From: Limisphaerales bacterium
Lineage (GTDB): Bacteria; Verrucomicrobiota; Verrucomicrobiia; Limisphaerales; JAJOIW01
Assembly (NCBI GenBank): GCA_965657355.1
Contig: CBFHOE010000004.1
Span: 6,072-70,071, forward strand
Direction: 5' to 3'
DNA length: 64,000 bases
Of this stretch, positions 57,258 through 64,000 are shown piece by piece. Position 1 is the stretch's first letter, and each line of letters opens with the position of its first letter. The notes under the pieces are model-generated. The model had not been told where the DNA came from, ran no database searches, and worked only from the letters and a program-made list of their open reading frames with translations. The translations under genes and the position numbers were made by a program.

Positions 57258-59153
57258 TTATGAAGTTGTTTCAACAGGTTCTTGCAATGTGTCTCTTTCC
57301 TGGGGGCACATGTAATGATTAAGAAAGGTTTCAAATTTACTTTTGCAAGCATCTCTTTGTGACTCATCCCATGTGAGACTGTGTATGTTCATCTTACTAT
57401 TAAAATTTAAAGAGGTGGTGATTTCAGGGAAAAATTCAATGTTTTCTGTTTTTTGATTTTTAATAAATAAGCCGTTTAAACCATAAGCTCGAGTGAGCAA
57501 AATCCAGCTGAGCTTGTCAGATATGACAGTCGTTTTTTTGATTTTGAAGTTCGTAAAGATCTCAGGCCAAAGAAGGGCAGTAGGGACAGGTTCTGGTTTT
57601 AAAAACCTCAATGTGTGAATTTTTAAATTTGGGGATCGCTGCCTTAGAATAGAAATAACAGATTTTTCAATTCTTGTATTGTTTATGATTACGTATGCTG
57701 CTTCGTTGTTAATATTTTTTTCACTGGCTGGAATGACCATTCTGTCAAGGCTTAGCTTGTTATCTTCCAGTCCCATATATTTTCCCAGTTTTATATATTT
57801 TGTAAAATATTTATCAAAGTTCGTCTTTGGGATTTCAGCGTTTCCTATTGGCGCCCTGTGGTGAAATAATCGGCTTCCTTTATTGCAATCCATGCCTACT
57901 GTTTGTGGGGACCCTAAGGAGATTGATTCGATAGCAGTTTTGTTGTTTTTTTGTAAAATAATAACAGTGTCAGGATTCTGTTCTCTCCATTTCATGTGCT
58001 GTCGCCATTTGCTTATAAATGGGATTTTTAATCGAAGATATTTCACGTCCAAATCCAAATGAGAAAGGATCCATCCACCGTATTCTGGACCTATGAGCGT
58101 GACCTCTGCGTCTGGCCTACCTTTTATGACTGCATGAACAAAAAATAAACCTTGAACAAATTCATCAAATTCAAAAGGCATGCGAATCCAAATTTTCGTT
58201 TTTTGGGGTAGCTTCTCCCATCCGAATAATGCCATCTGACGCCTTATGAGGGAGCGTTTGTGATTCAGATTCAGTCTTTGGTTTATCTTATTGTGTATCC
58301 TCCATCTGTCATGAACCCATAGCCAATCTTGAGCAAGCTCTTTGTTTTCTATAAGGTAGTCATCAAAGGCTTTATTTCCTAAAAGAGTGATATCAGCTGA
58401 ATCGGTGTATTGATGGACGGGAATAGTATCAATCTGGCATTTCATGAAACTTACCCTTCTTGCGACAACAAGATAAACATCTGCGTGACTTTCCTTTGCT
58501 AAAATTGCTGGTAGCTCAGTGGCTGAAGTCAGTCTGCCCTGGGACATCATGAGTGTTCCTGTCCCTCCCGCTCTTTGATCAAACAAAACTCCAACTGAGC
58601 CATTATTTTTTAATATGTTTCTCGCCTCCTGAAATCCCTTTTTTCTCGAAAGTAGCCTGAATCCATTTCTTTCTCTGGATTGCTTGATCCAGTCATCTAG
58701 TGCCTTTTGATTTAGGGGTCTGAAAATGGCTCCAATCTCACCTATAAAATCTCTTTCTAATACCGATTTTACATGAGGAATCATCTCAACATAACAGTAA
58801 TGAGGGGTGAGGAAAATCTTTGGTCTCGGTGGCCCGTCATTCCATTCTTTAATCAACGACAAAGTCTTTTTAGACAGGGACAATCTCTTTTTGAATTTGA
58901 TATTATTCCAAAATGGACTCGTAAGAGCAAAGAGTGCCATTTCCGTAGTCCTTATGAACGAGGTTCTAATTGTCTTTTTGCGCCATGCATAACTTTCGTT
59001 AGGAAAAGTTTTGGAAATATTTCTGAAGGCTATTTGAAACCTTTTAGGCATGATGCTTCGCCAAGCAAATCCGGCGACGCCGCACAATACCCTTAATATG
59101 GGATCAGGAAGTTTCGAGAGACTCCATCCAAAACATTTTATGAAAATGATCAT
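57258..59153 (-). CDS. Lipid A late acyltransferase (LpxL-like) fused to a degenerate GT9 heptosyltransferase-like domain
   Basis: H-x4-E (HYCYVE), LFDQ, WLWVHDRW; then IWIRMP...RPDAEVTL resembling a GT9 N-terminus. Confidence 0.75.
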   Translation of the reverse strand: MIIFIKCFGWSLSKLPDPILRVLCGVAGFAWRSIMPKRFQIAFRNISKTFPNESYAWRKKTIRTSFIRTTEMALFALTSPFWNNIKFKKRLSLSKKTLSLIKEWNDGPPRPKIFLTPHYCYVEMIPHVKSVLERDFIGEIGAIFRPLNQKALDDWIKQSRERNGFRLLSRKKGFQEARNILKNNGSVGVLFDQRAGGTGTLMMSQGRLTSATELPAILAKESHADVYLVVARRVSFMKCQIDTIPVHQYTDSADITLLGNKAFDDYLIENKELAQDWLWVHDRWRIHNKINQRLNLNHKRSLIRRQMALFGWEKLPQKTKIWIRMPFEFDEFVQGLFFVHAVIKGRPDAEVTLIGPEYGGWILSHLDLDVKYLRLKIPFISKWRQHMKWREQNPDTVIILQKNNKTAIESISLGSPQTVGMDCNKGSRLFHHRAPIGNAEIPKTNFDKYFTKYIKLGKYMGLEDNKLSLDRMVIPASEKNINNEAAYVIINNTRIEKSVISILRQRSPNLKIHTLRFLKPEPVPTALLWPEIFTNFKIKKTTVISDKLSWILLTRAYGLNGLFIKNQKTENIEFFPEITTSLNFNSKMNIHSLTWDESQRDACKSKFETFLNHYMCPQERDTLQEPVETTS

Positions 59154-59197
59154 CTAATGGATGGCGGTGTCTTTTGTTTGATTGACATGAAAATTCG

Positions 59198-59620
59198 TTA
59201 CTTGGTCTCAGTCTTTCGAAATTCTTTAACTATATCAGGCCTTGACTCCAAATAGTCCGATAGGCTTTTCAATGCAGATATGGTTTCTTCACTCAAATGA
59301 TGCTCTAGTCCCTCGATGTCCCGTTCTTGCGTTTTTTGAGAAACTCCTATACCTGACAAAAACCGTATAAGTATTCTATGCCGTATCTGAATGTTTTCGG
59401 CAATGGTTTTCCCTTCTTGCGTCAGAGTCAAGCCACGGTATTTTTCATAATTGACCAGGCCAGACGATGCCATTTTCTGTACCATAGATGTCACCGATGG
59501 CTGGCTAATTCCTAGCTCTTCGGCAATATCTACGGCTCTTGCATAGCCTTTCTCTTGAATTAACTCATATATTCTCTCCAAATAATCCTGTTCCGAAATG
59601 GATGCTTTTTTTCGAGTCAT
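59198..59620 (-). CDS. mntR: DtxR/MntR-family metal-dependent repressor
   Basis: QDYLE, ARAVDIA..L..SQPSVT, LT.EG, RH, DIEGLEHH (MntR-type acidic ligands). Confidence 0.88.
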   Translation of the reverse strand: MTRKKASISEQDYLERIYELIQEKGYARAVDIAEELGISQPSVTSMVQKMASSGLVNYEKYRGLTLTQEGKTIAENIQIRHRILIRFLSGIGVSQKTQERDIEGLEHHLSEETISALKSLSDYLESRPDIVKEFRKTETK

Positions 59621-59626
59621 AAGAAA

Positions 59627-59644
59627 TGTTAAGTATGGCTAACA
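59627..59644. promoter_or_regulatory. Putative DtxR/MntR-family operator
   Basis: Imperfect palindrome TGTTAAG-TATG-GCTAACA just upstream of the mntR start in the divergent spacer. Confidence 0.45.
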
Positions 59645-59686
59645 AAATTCAGTATGCAATAAAAAATATTTTTTTACTAATACTTA

Positions 59687-59719
59687 TTGACACCATAAAC
59701 TCTTACATAAAATTGTAAG
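59687..59719 (+). promoter_or_regulatory. Putative tro-operon promoter with overlapping inverted repeat
   Basis: TTGACA at 59687, TAAAAT at 59708 (15-nt spacer, suboptimal), flanked by perfect arms CTTACA / TGTAAG (59702-59719). Confidence 0.45.
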
Positions 59720-59724
59720 TGTGG

Positions 59725-60753
59725 ATGAAGTTTTTCATAGATAGTAAATCAAGTGTGATTTTTGCGAGGTCTTTTATTTTTTGTTTAGCGGTTTTTTTAT
59801 TGGGCTACGGGTGTAAACCCGTGGGCTCACACAAGCCAGTGGAGGGCGACCCTGAAGCCAAAAAGGCTATTAAAGTCGTTGCAACAACGGGAATGATTAA
59901 AGATTTAGTTGAAAATATTGGAGGGGACCATGTTTCTGTAGTGGGGCTGATTGGATCCGGCGTAGACCCACATCTTTACAAACCGACGATATCGGATGTT
60001 AAGAAACTGCAACAGGCAGAGTTCATATTTTATAATGGTCTAAAGCTTGAGGGAAAAATGGGTGATATTCTCGAAAAGATTAAATCCGACGGGCGACGGA
60101 CATACGCTGTGTGCGAAAATTTAACTGAGCTTGAAAAATATTTGATTGATGAAGGCGAGGGGCATGTGGATCCGCATGTTTGGATGGATGTCAACGGATG
60201 GATGGCTGCAGCTGATGTTGTCGCCAGGGCACTAGCTGATCATTATCCAGATTTAAAAAATGATTTTGTTGCTTCGTCCAAAATATATAAAACTGAATTA
60301 GAGGCCTTGAATGCTTATTGCCGAGTCTCTCTAAGCTCCATTCCTGAGTCTCAAAGAATACTGGTGACCGCTCATGATGCTTTTAACTACATGGCCCGTG
60401 CTTATGGGCTTTCGGTGAGGGGAATTCAAGGAATAAGTACGGAATCAGAAGCGGGTGTTAGAGAGATCGAGGATCTCGTAGATTTTTTAGTAGAGTCCAA
60501 GATTCCAGCTGTATTTGTTGAATCTTCAGTTTCTGACAAAAACGTAAAGGCATTAATCGAAGGAGCCGAAGCAAAGAAATGGCAAGTTGAGATTGGTGGA
60601 GAGTTGTTTTCTGACGCCATGGGCATAGAAGGAACTTATCGCGGAACATATATTGGAATGATTGACCATAATATCACGACCATAACTCGATCATTGGGCG
60701 GCGAAGCTCCTGAGTCTGGTTTAAATGGAAAATTAAAGACTTCTACCGAATAA
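59725..60753 (+). CDS. Mn/Zn/Fe ABC transporter substrate-binding lipoprotein (TroA-like)
   Basis: Lipobox-like GYGC; VVATT, GVDPHLY, NGLKLEG, DPHVW, TAHDAF, FSDAMG. Confidence 0.92.
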   Translation: MKFFIDSKSSVIFARSFIFCLAVFLLGYGCKPVGSHKPVEGDPEAKKAIKVVATTGMIKDLVENIGGDHVSVVGLIGSGVDPHLYKPTISDVKKLQQAEFIFYNGLKLEGKMGDILEKIKSDGRRTYAVCENLTELEKYLIDEGEGHVDPHVWMDVNGWMAAADVVARALADHYPDLKNDFVASSKIYKTELEALNAYCRVSLSSIPESQRILVTAHDAFNYMARAYGLSVRGIQGISTESEAGVREIEDLVDFLVESKIPAVFVESSVSDKNVKALIEGAEAKKWQVEIGGELFSDAMGIEGTYRGTYIGMIDHNITTITRSLGGEAPESGLNGKLKTSTE

Positions 60754-60779
60754 AATTAAGCTTCACTGATTGTTTAAAT

Positions 60780-61592
60780 TTGAAAAAATTCCTTGATCCA
60801 AAGAAGTTAGAAATTACTGGTGACGAGCATCCGGTCGAAGCTCCGCTAGCGGTTCATGATCTTACTGTATCTTACAATAATAAACCTGTCCTATGGGATG
60901 TAGATCTTAATATTCCACCCGGTAAACTGGTGGCTATAGTTGGGCCTAATGGGGCAGGAAAAAGTACTCTACTGAAAGCAGCGATAGACTTAGTCCCTAA
61001 AACTACGGGCGAGGTTCTCGTTTTTGGAAGTCCATATGCCAACAGCAGGGATCGTGTTGGATATGTCCCGCAAAGAGAATCAGTGGATTGGGATTTCCCG
61101 ATCAGTGCCTTGGAGGTTGTTTGTATGGGGCGGTACAAAAAAATTGGCTGGTTTAATAGGGTTACTAGTGAGCACAAAAAGCATGCGCTTGATTGTTTGG
61201 AAAAAGTCGGTATCAAGCAACTGGCTAATAGGCAAATAAGCCAGCTTTCAGGTGGGCAGCAGCAAAGAGTGTTTTTGGCGAGGGCTTTGGCACAAGAAGC
61301 GGATCTTTATTTGATGGACGAACCTTTCAGCGCTGTTGATGCGGCTACTGAGATGGCAATAGTTGAGTTGTTACGCGAGTTAAAACGTACGGGGAAAACA
61401 TGCGTCGTCGTGCATCACGACCTGGCTACTGTCTCACGATACTTTGACTGGCTGATTTTACTGAATATGAGAGTTGTGGCCTCTGGTGCTGTAAATGCCA
61501 CATTTACTCACGAGAATTTACATAAGACATACGGTGGTAAGTTAAATGTCTTAGTCGATGCGGCTGAGGCTCTTAGCAAAGTAGCAAAGTAA
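60780..61592 (+). CDS. Metal ABC transporter ATPase (TroB-like)
   Basis: GPNGAGKST, YVPQR..DWDFP, LSGGQQQR, MDEPF, VVHHDL. Confidence 0.93.
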   Translation: MKKFLDPKKLEITGDEHPVEAPLAVHDLTVSYNNKPVLWDVDLNIPPGKLVAIVGPNGAGKSTLLKAAIDLVPKTTGEVLVFGSPYANSRDRVGYVPQRESVDWDFPISALEVVCMGRYKKIGWFNRVTSEHKKHALDCLEKVGIKQLANRQISQLSGGQQQRVFLARALAQEADLYLMDEPFSAVDAATEMAIVELLRELKRTGKTCVVVHHDLATVSRYFDWLILLNMRVVASGAVNATFTHENLHKTYGGKLNVLVDAAEALSKVAK

Positions 61593-61602
61593 ATTTCCGA
61601 CG

Positions 61603-63132
61603 ATGAGCATTAAGTCAACGCAGAGCTTCAGATTCTGGAACAAGGTTACGCTGCTTACTCTATTTCTATTTTGCGCCCGTGTATTCGTCACAGAATTGTT
61701 TGGTATTCCGGATGGAGTAGAACTATCAAATAGGACAGAGGCAAAGGAGCAAGGTGACGTGCTCTTAGACCTCCTTTTAGAGACCTTGTTTTTGGCGAAT
61801 TATAATACGCGATTGGTTGTGCTGAGTACTACATTATTAGGCGTTGCTTCTGGACTTGTTGGTTCTTTTCTATTGTTGCGAAAACAATCTCTGATGGGCG
61901 ATGCCTTATCTCATGCTACGTTACCCGGAATCGTTCTTTCATTTTGGGTTTTAGTGACTCTTGGTAAAGACGGTAAATCATTATTACCGCTTTTATTAGG
62001 TGCGGGTATGAGCGGGATGTTGGGGGTTTCTTTGGTTTTGTTAATTCGCAAGACAACCAAGCTCAAGGACGATGCTGCCATGGGGATAATCCTTAGCGTC
62101 TTTTTTGGTTTAGGGGTTTCTCTTATTGGAATGGTGCAATCACTACCTCAGGCAAGCGCTGCTGGATTGGAAAGTTTCATTTTTGGTAAAACAGCCTCAA
62201 TGATTGAAAGTGATTTTTGGATGATCGCCTCCATTTGTCTTATTTCTACGCTTCTATCGGTAACCTGTATTAAAGAACTTACACTTCTTTGTTTTGATGA
62301 AAATTTTGCCTCGGCTTCAGGTTTCAATGTTGTTTGGCTTGACCTGTTGCTTCTCTTATTGGTCGGAGCTATTACAATTGTGGGGCTCCAAGCCGTTGGA
62401 CTTATACTCATCATAGCCTTCCTTATTACACCGCCTGCAGCCGCCCGCTTCTGGACTAATGACTTGAGGCAGATGCTTACAATTTCTGCCTTTTTGGGAG
62501 GGGTGAGTGGGTGGGTGGGCTCGTCTATTTCAGCTCTGCTTCCAAGGTTGCCCGCAGGAGCGGTGATTGTTCTGGTGGCTGCCTTTGTATTTGTATTGAG
62601 CATGCTTTTTGGAAAGACTGGCGGTATTGTTTACCGTTGGCAAAGGCATAGGCGTCTTAGCATCAAAGTCTCCAGGCAACATATCCTCAGAGCCGTCTTT
62701 GAAATTCTCGAAAAAAACCTGGAGAGCGAAAAAAGTATCCTAAGAAATCTGCCCATTAGGATTTCGGATTTACAAAAACATCGGTCATGGAGCCAAAAAG
62801 AACTCCTAAGACAACTTAAATCCGCCCATGGAAATGGTTATGTCGAATTTCCTGAAGATGGGATAGTTTGTCTTTCCGAAGATGGTTTTGGCGAAGCCGC
62901 AAGGGTTACAAGAAATCACCGGCTTTGGGAGCTGTTTCTCATCAGATATGCTGATGTCGCCCCATCACATGTCGACCGGGGTGCCGACTTTGTAGAACAC
63001 GTATTAGGGCCTGAAATAGTCAGAAAATTAGAGGATGAGTTGCGTCAACCAGAAATCGAACCTGTCGTTCCGCCAAGTCCGCATACCATAAGTATCTCCA
63101 GACTTGAGAGTGAAAGAGGGGATAAGAAATGA
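61603..63132 (+). CDS. Metal ABC permease (TroC-like) with fused C-terminal DtxR-like domain
   Basis: SLMGDALSHATLPG, DAAMG, FDENFA, QAVG, PPAAARFW; C-terminal LSEDG..A....RNHRLWE...ADFVEH. Confidence 0.88.
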   Translation: MSIKSTQSFRFWNKVTLLTLFLFCARVFVTELFGIPDGVELSNRTEAKEQGDVLLDLLLETLFLANYNTRLVVLSTTLLGVASGLVGSFLLLRKQSLMGDALSHATLPGIVLSFWVLVTLGKDGKSLLPLLLGAGMSGMLGVSLVLLIRKTTKLKDDAAMGIILSVFFGLGVSLIGMVQSLPQASAAGLESFIFGKTASMIESDFWMIASICLISTLLSVTCIKELTLLCFDENFASASGFNVVWLDLLLLLLVGAITIVGLQAVGLILIIAFLITPPAAARFWTNDLRQMLTISAFLGGVSGWVGSSISALLPRLPAGAVIVLVAAFVFVLSMLFGKTGGIVYRWQRHRRLSIKVSRQHILRAVFEILEKNLESEKSILRNLPIRISDLQKHRSWSQKELLRQLKSAHGNGYVEFPEDGIVCLSEDGFGEAARVTRNHRLWELFLIRYADVAPSHVDRGADFVEHVLGPEIVRKLEDELRQPEIEPVVPPSPHTISISRLESERGDKK

Positions 63133-64000
63133 TAAACGAAATCTTCAATGCTTGGGGCAATTTAGACAATTGGATTGTTGTGGCAGGTATATTGAGTGCT
63201 ATTTGCTGCGCCATTCCAGGTTGCTTTTTATTACTGCGAGGAATGAGTATGATGGGAGATGCGATAAGTCACGCTGTGCTTCCAGGCCTTGCAGTTGCCT
63301 TTTTATTATCCGGGGAAAGAGCAAGCTTAACCATGTTTATAGGTGCGGCAGTAGTCGGGGTTCTTACGGCCCTATTTACCCAATGGATCAGTCGGTTTGG
63401 AAATGTCGATAGAGGGGCGGCAATGGGTATTGTTTTCACCACGTTGTTTGCCCTGGGGCTCTTGATGATAGTCAAAGCTGCTGATCACGTTGATCTAGAT
63501 CCTGGTTGCGTTTTGTATGGTGCTATTGAATTAACGCCTTTGGACACAATACCATTTCTCGGTCAAACGGAAATTCCACGGGCCGTCATCGTCTTGTCAT
63601 TGGTGTTAATCGTGAACGTCTCAGGTTTAGTTTTATTTTACAAGGAGCTGAAACTTTGTTCCTTTGATCCGGGTTTAGCAACTTCAATGGGAATTCCTGC
63701 CAATACAATACATTTTGGTTTGATGACAGTCGTTGCTTTAACGACCGTTGCATGCTTTGAAATCGTAGGGAGTATTATCGTGATTGCGATGCTGGTAGTG
63801 CCAGCAGCCTCTGCTTTTCTCCTGACTAATAGGTTGCTGCCAATGATATTATTTTCTTGTCTCTTTGCCGCTTTGTCGTCTGTTTTTGGACACATAGGAG
63901 CTATAAGTATTCCTAAATTAATCGGTTTTGAGTCGACAATAACGTCTGGGATGATGGCTGTCGCGTCTGGTGCATTATTCCTGGCCACTTGGATTTATAC
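63129..64000 (+). CDS. Metal ABC permease (TroD-like), 3'-truncated by window edge
   Basis: ATG at 63129 overlapping the upstream TGA; my translation gives GCFLLLRGMSMMGDAISHAVLPG, FTTLFALG, HVDLDPGCVLYG; absent from the ORF track, probably because it has no stop in the window. Confidence 0.9.
   Translation, partial: MINEIFNAWGNLDNWIVVAGILSAICCAIPGCFLLLRGMSMMGDAISHAVLPGLAVAFLLSGERASLTMFIGAAVVGVLTALFTQWISRFGNVDRGAAMGIVFTTLFALGLLMIVKAADHVDLDPGCVLYGAIELTPLDTIPFLGQTEIPRAVIVLSLVLIVNVSGLVLFYKELKLCSFDPGLATSMGIPANTIHFGLMTVVALTTVACFEIVGSIIVIAMLVVPAASAFLLTNRLLPMILFSCLFAALSSVFGHIGAISIPKLIGFESTITSGMMAVASGALFLATWIY

Noticed and set aside
10121..62603. Many 60-180 aa antisense or alternate-frame ORFs (e.g. 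10121-10672, 35528-35947, 44181-44654, 62148-62603)
   Set aside because: They lie within well-supported genes and are typical shadow ORFs with no motifs.
1..64000. CRISPR arrays, tRNA/rRNA, transposases, integrases, prophage or defence genes
   Set aside because: No regularly spaced repeats, cloverleaf signatures in intergenic DNA, or matching protein motifs were seen by eye.

Overview
A gene-dense, fairly AT-rich bacterial core-genome segment. Gene content points to the PVC superphylum, most likely Verrucomicrobiota (dapL, PVC-type heme/dehydrogenase protein, DUF5069, LpxL-GT9 fusion, YtgCR-like permease-repressor fusion); this is inferred, not tested. Main content: partial dapL; two tandem ferredoxins; an atypical shikimate-dehydrogenase-like gene; secreted hydrolases; rarA-5-FCL-rny; a frameshifted DUF5722-like gene; a MetE-like/enolase-like/MOSC operon; aat-CAAX protease-rRNA methyltransferase; ffs(SRP RNA)-dnaX-ybaB-recR; mreBCD-pbp2-rodA-rne/rng; a polar amino-acid ABC transporter; a sulfatase; an LPS cluster (lpxL fusion, msbA-like, wbpBDE-like); and an MntR-linked Tro-type metal ABC operon running off the right end. 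I saw no rRNA, tRNA, CRISPR, prophage or transposase. Most notable: an A9 slippage site in dnaX predicted to give a gamma subunit, the permease-DtxR fusion beside a second stand-alone MntR, the uncharacterised MetE-like/enolase/MOSC operon, a candidate structured RNA near 24.0-24.17 kb, a probable gene-conversion tract between the ferredoxins, and an SRP RNA with a UGAC loop. Two single-base frameshifts may be sequencing errors. All family assignments come from motifs recognised by eye, without database searches.
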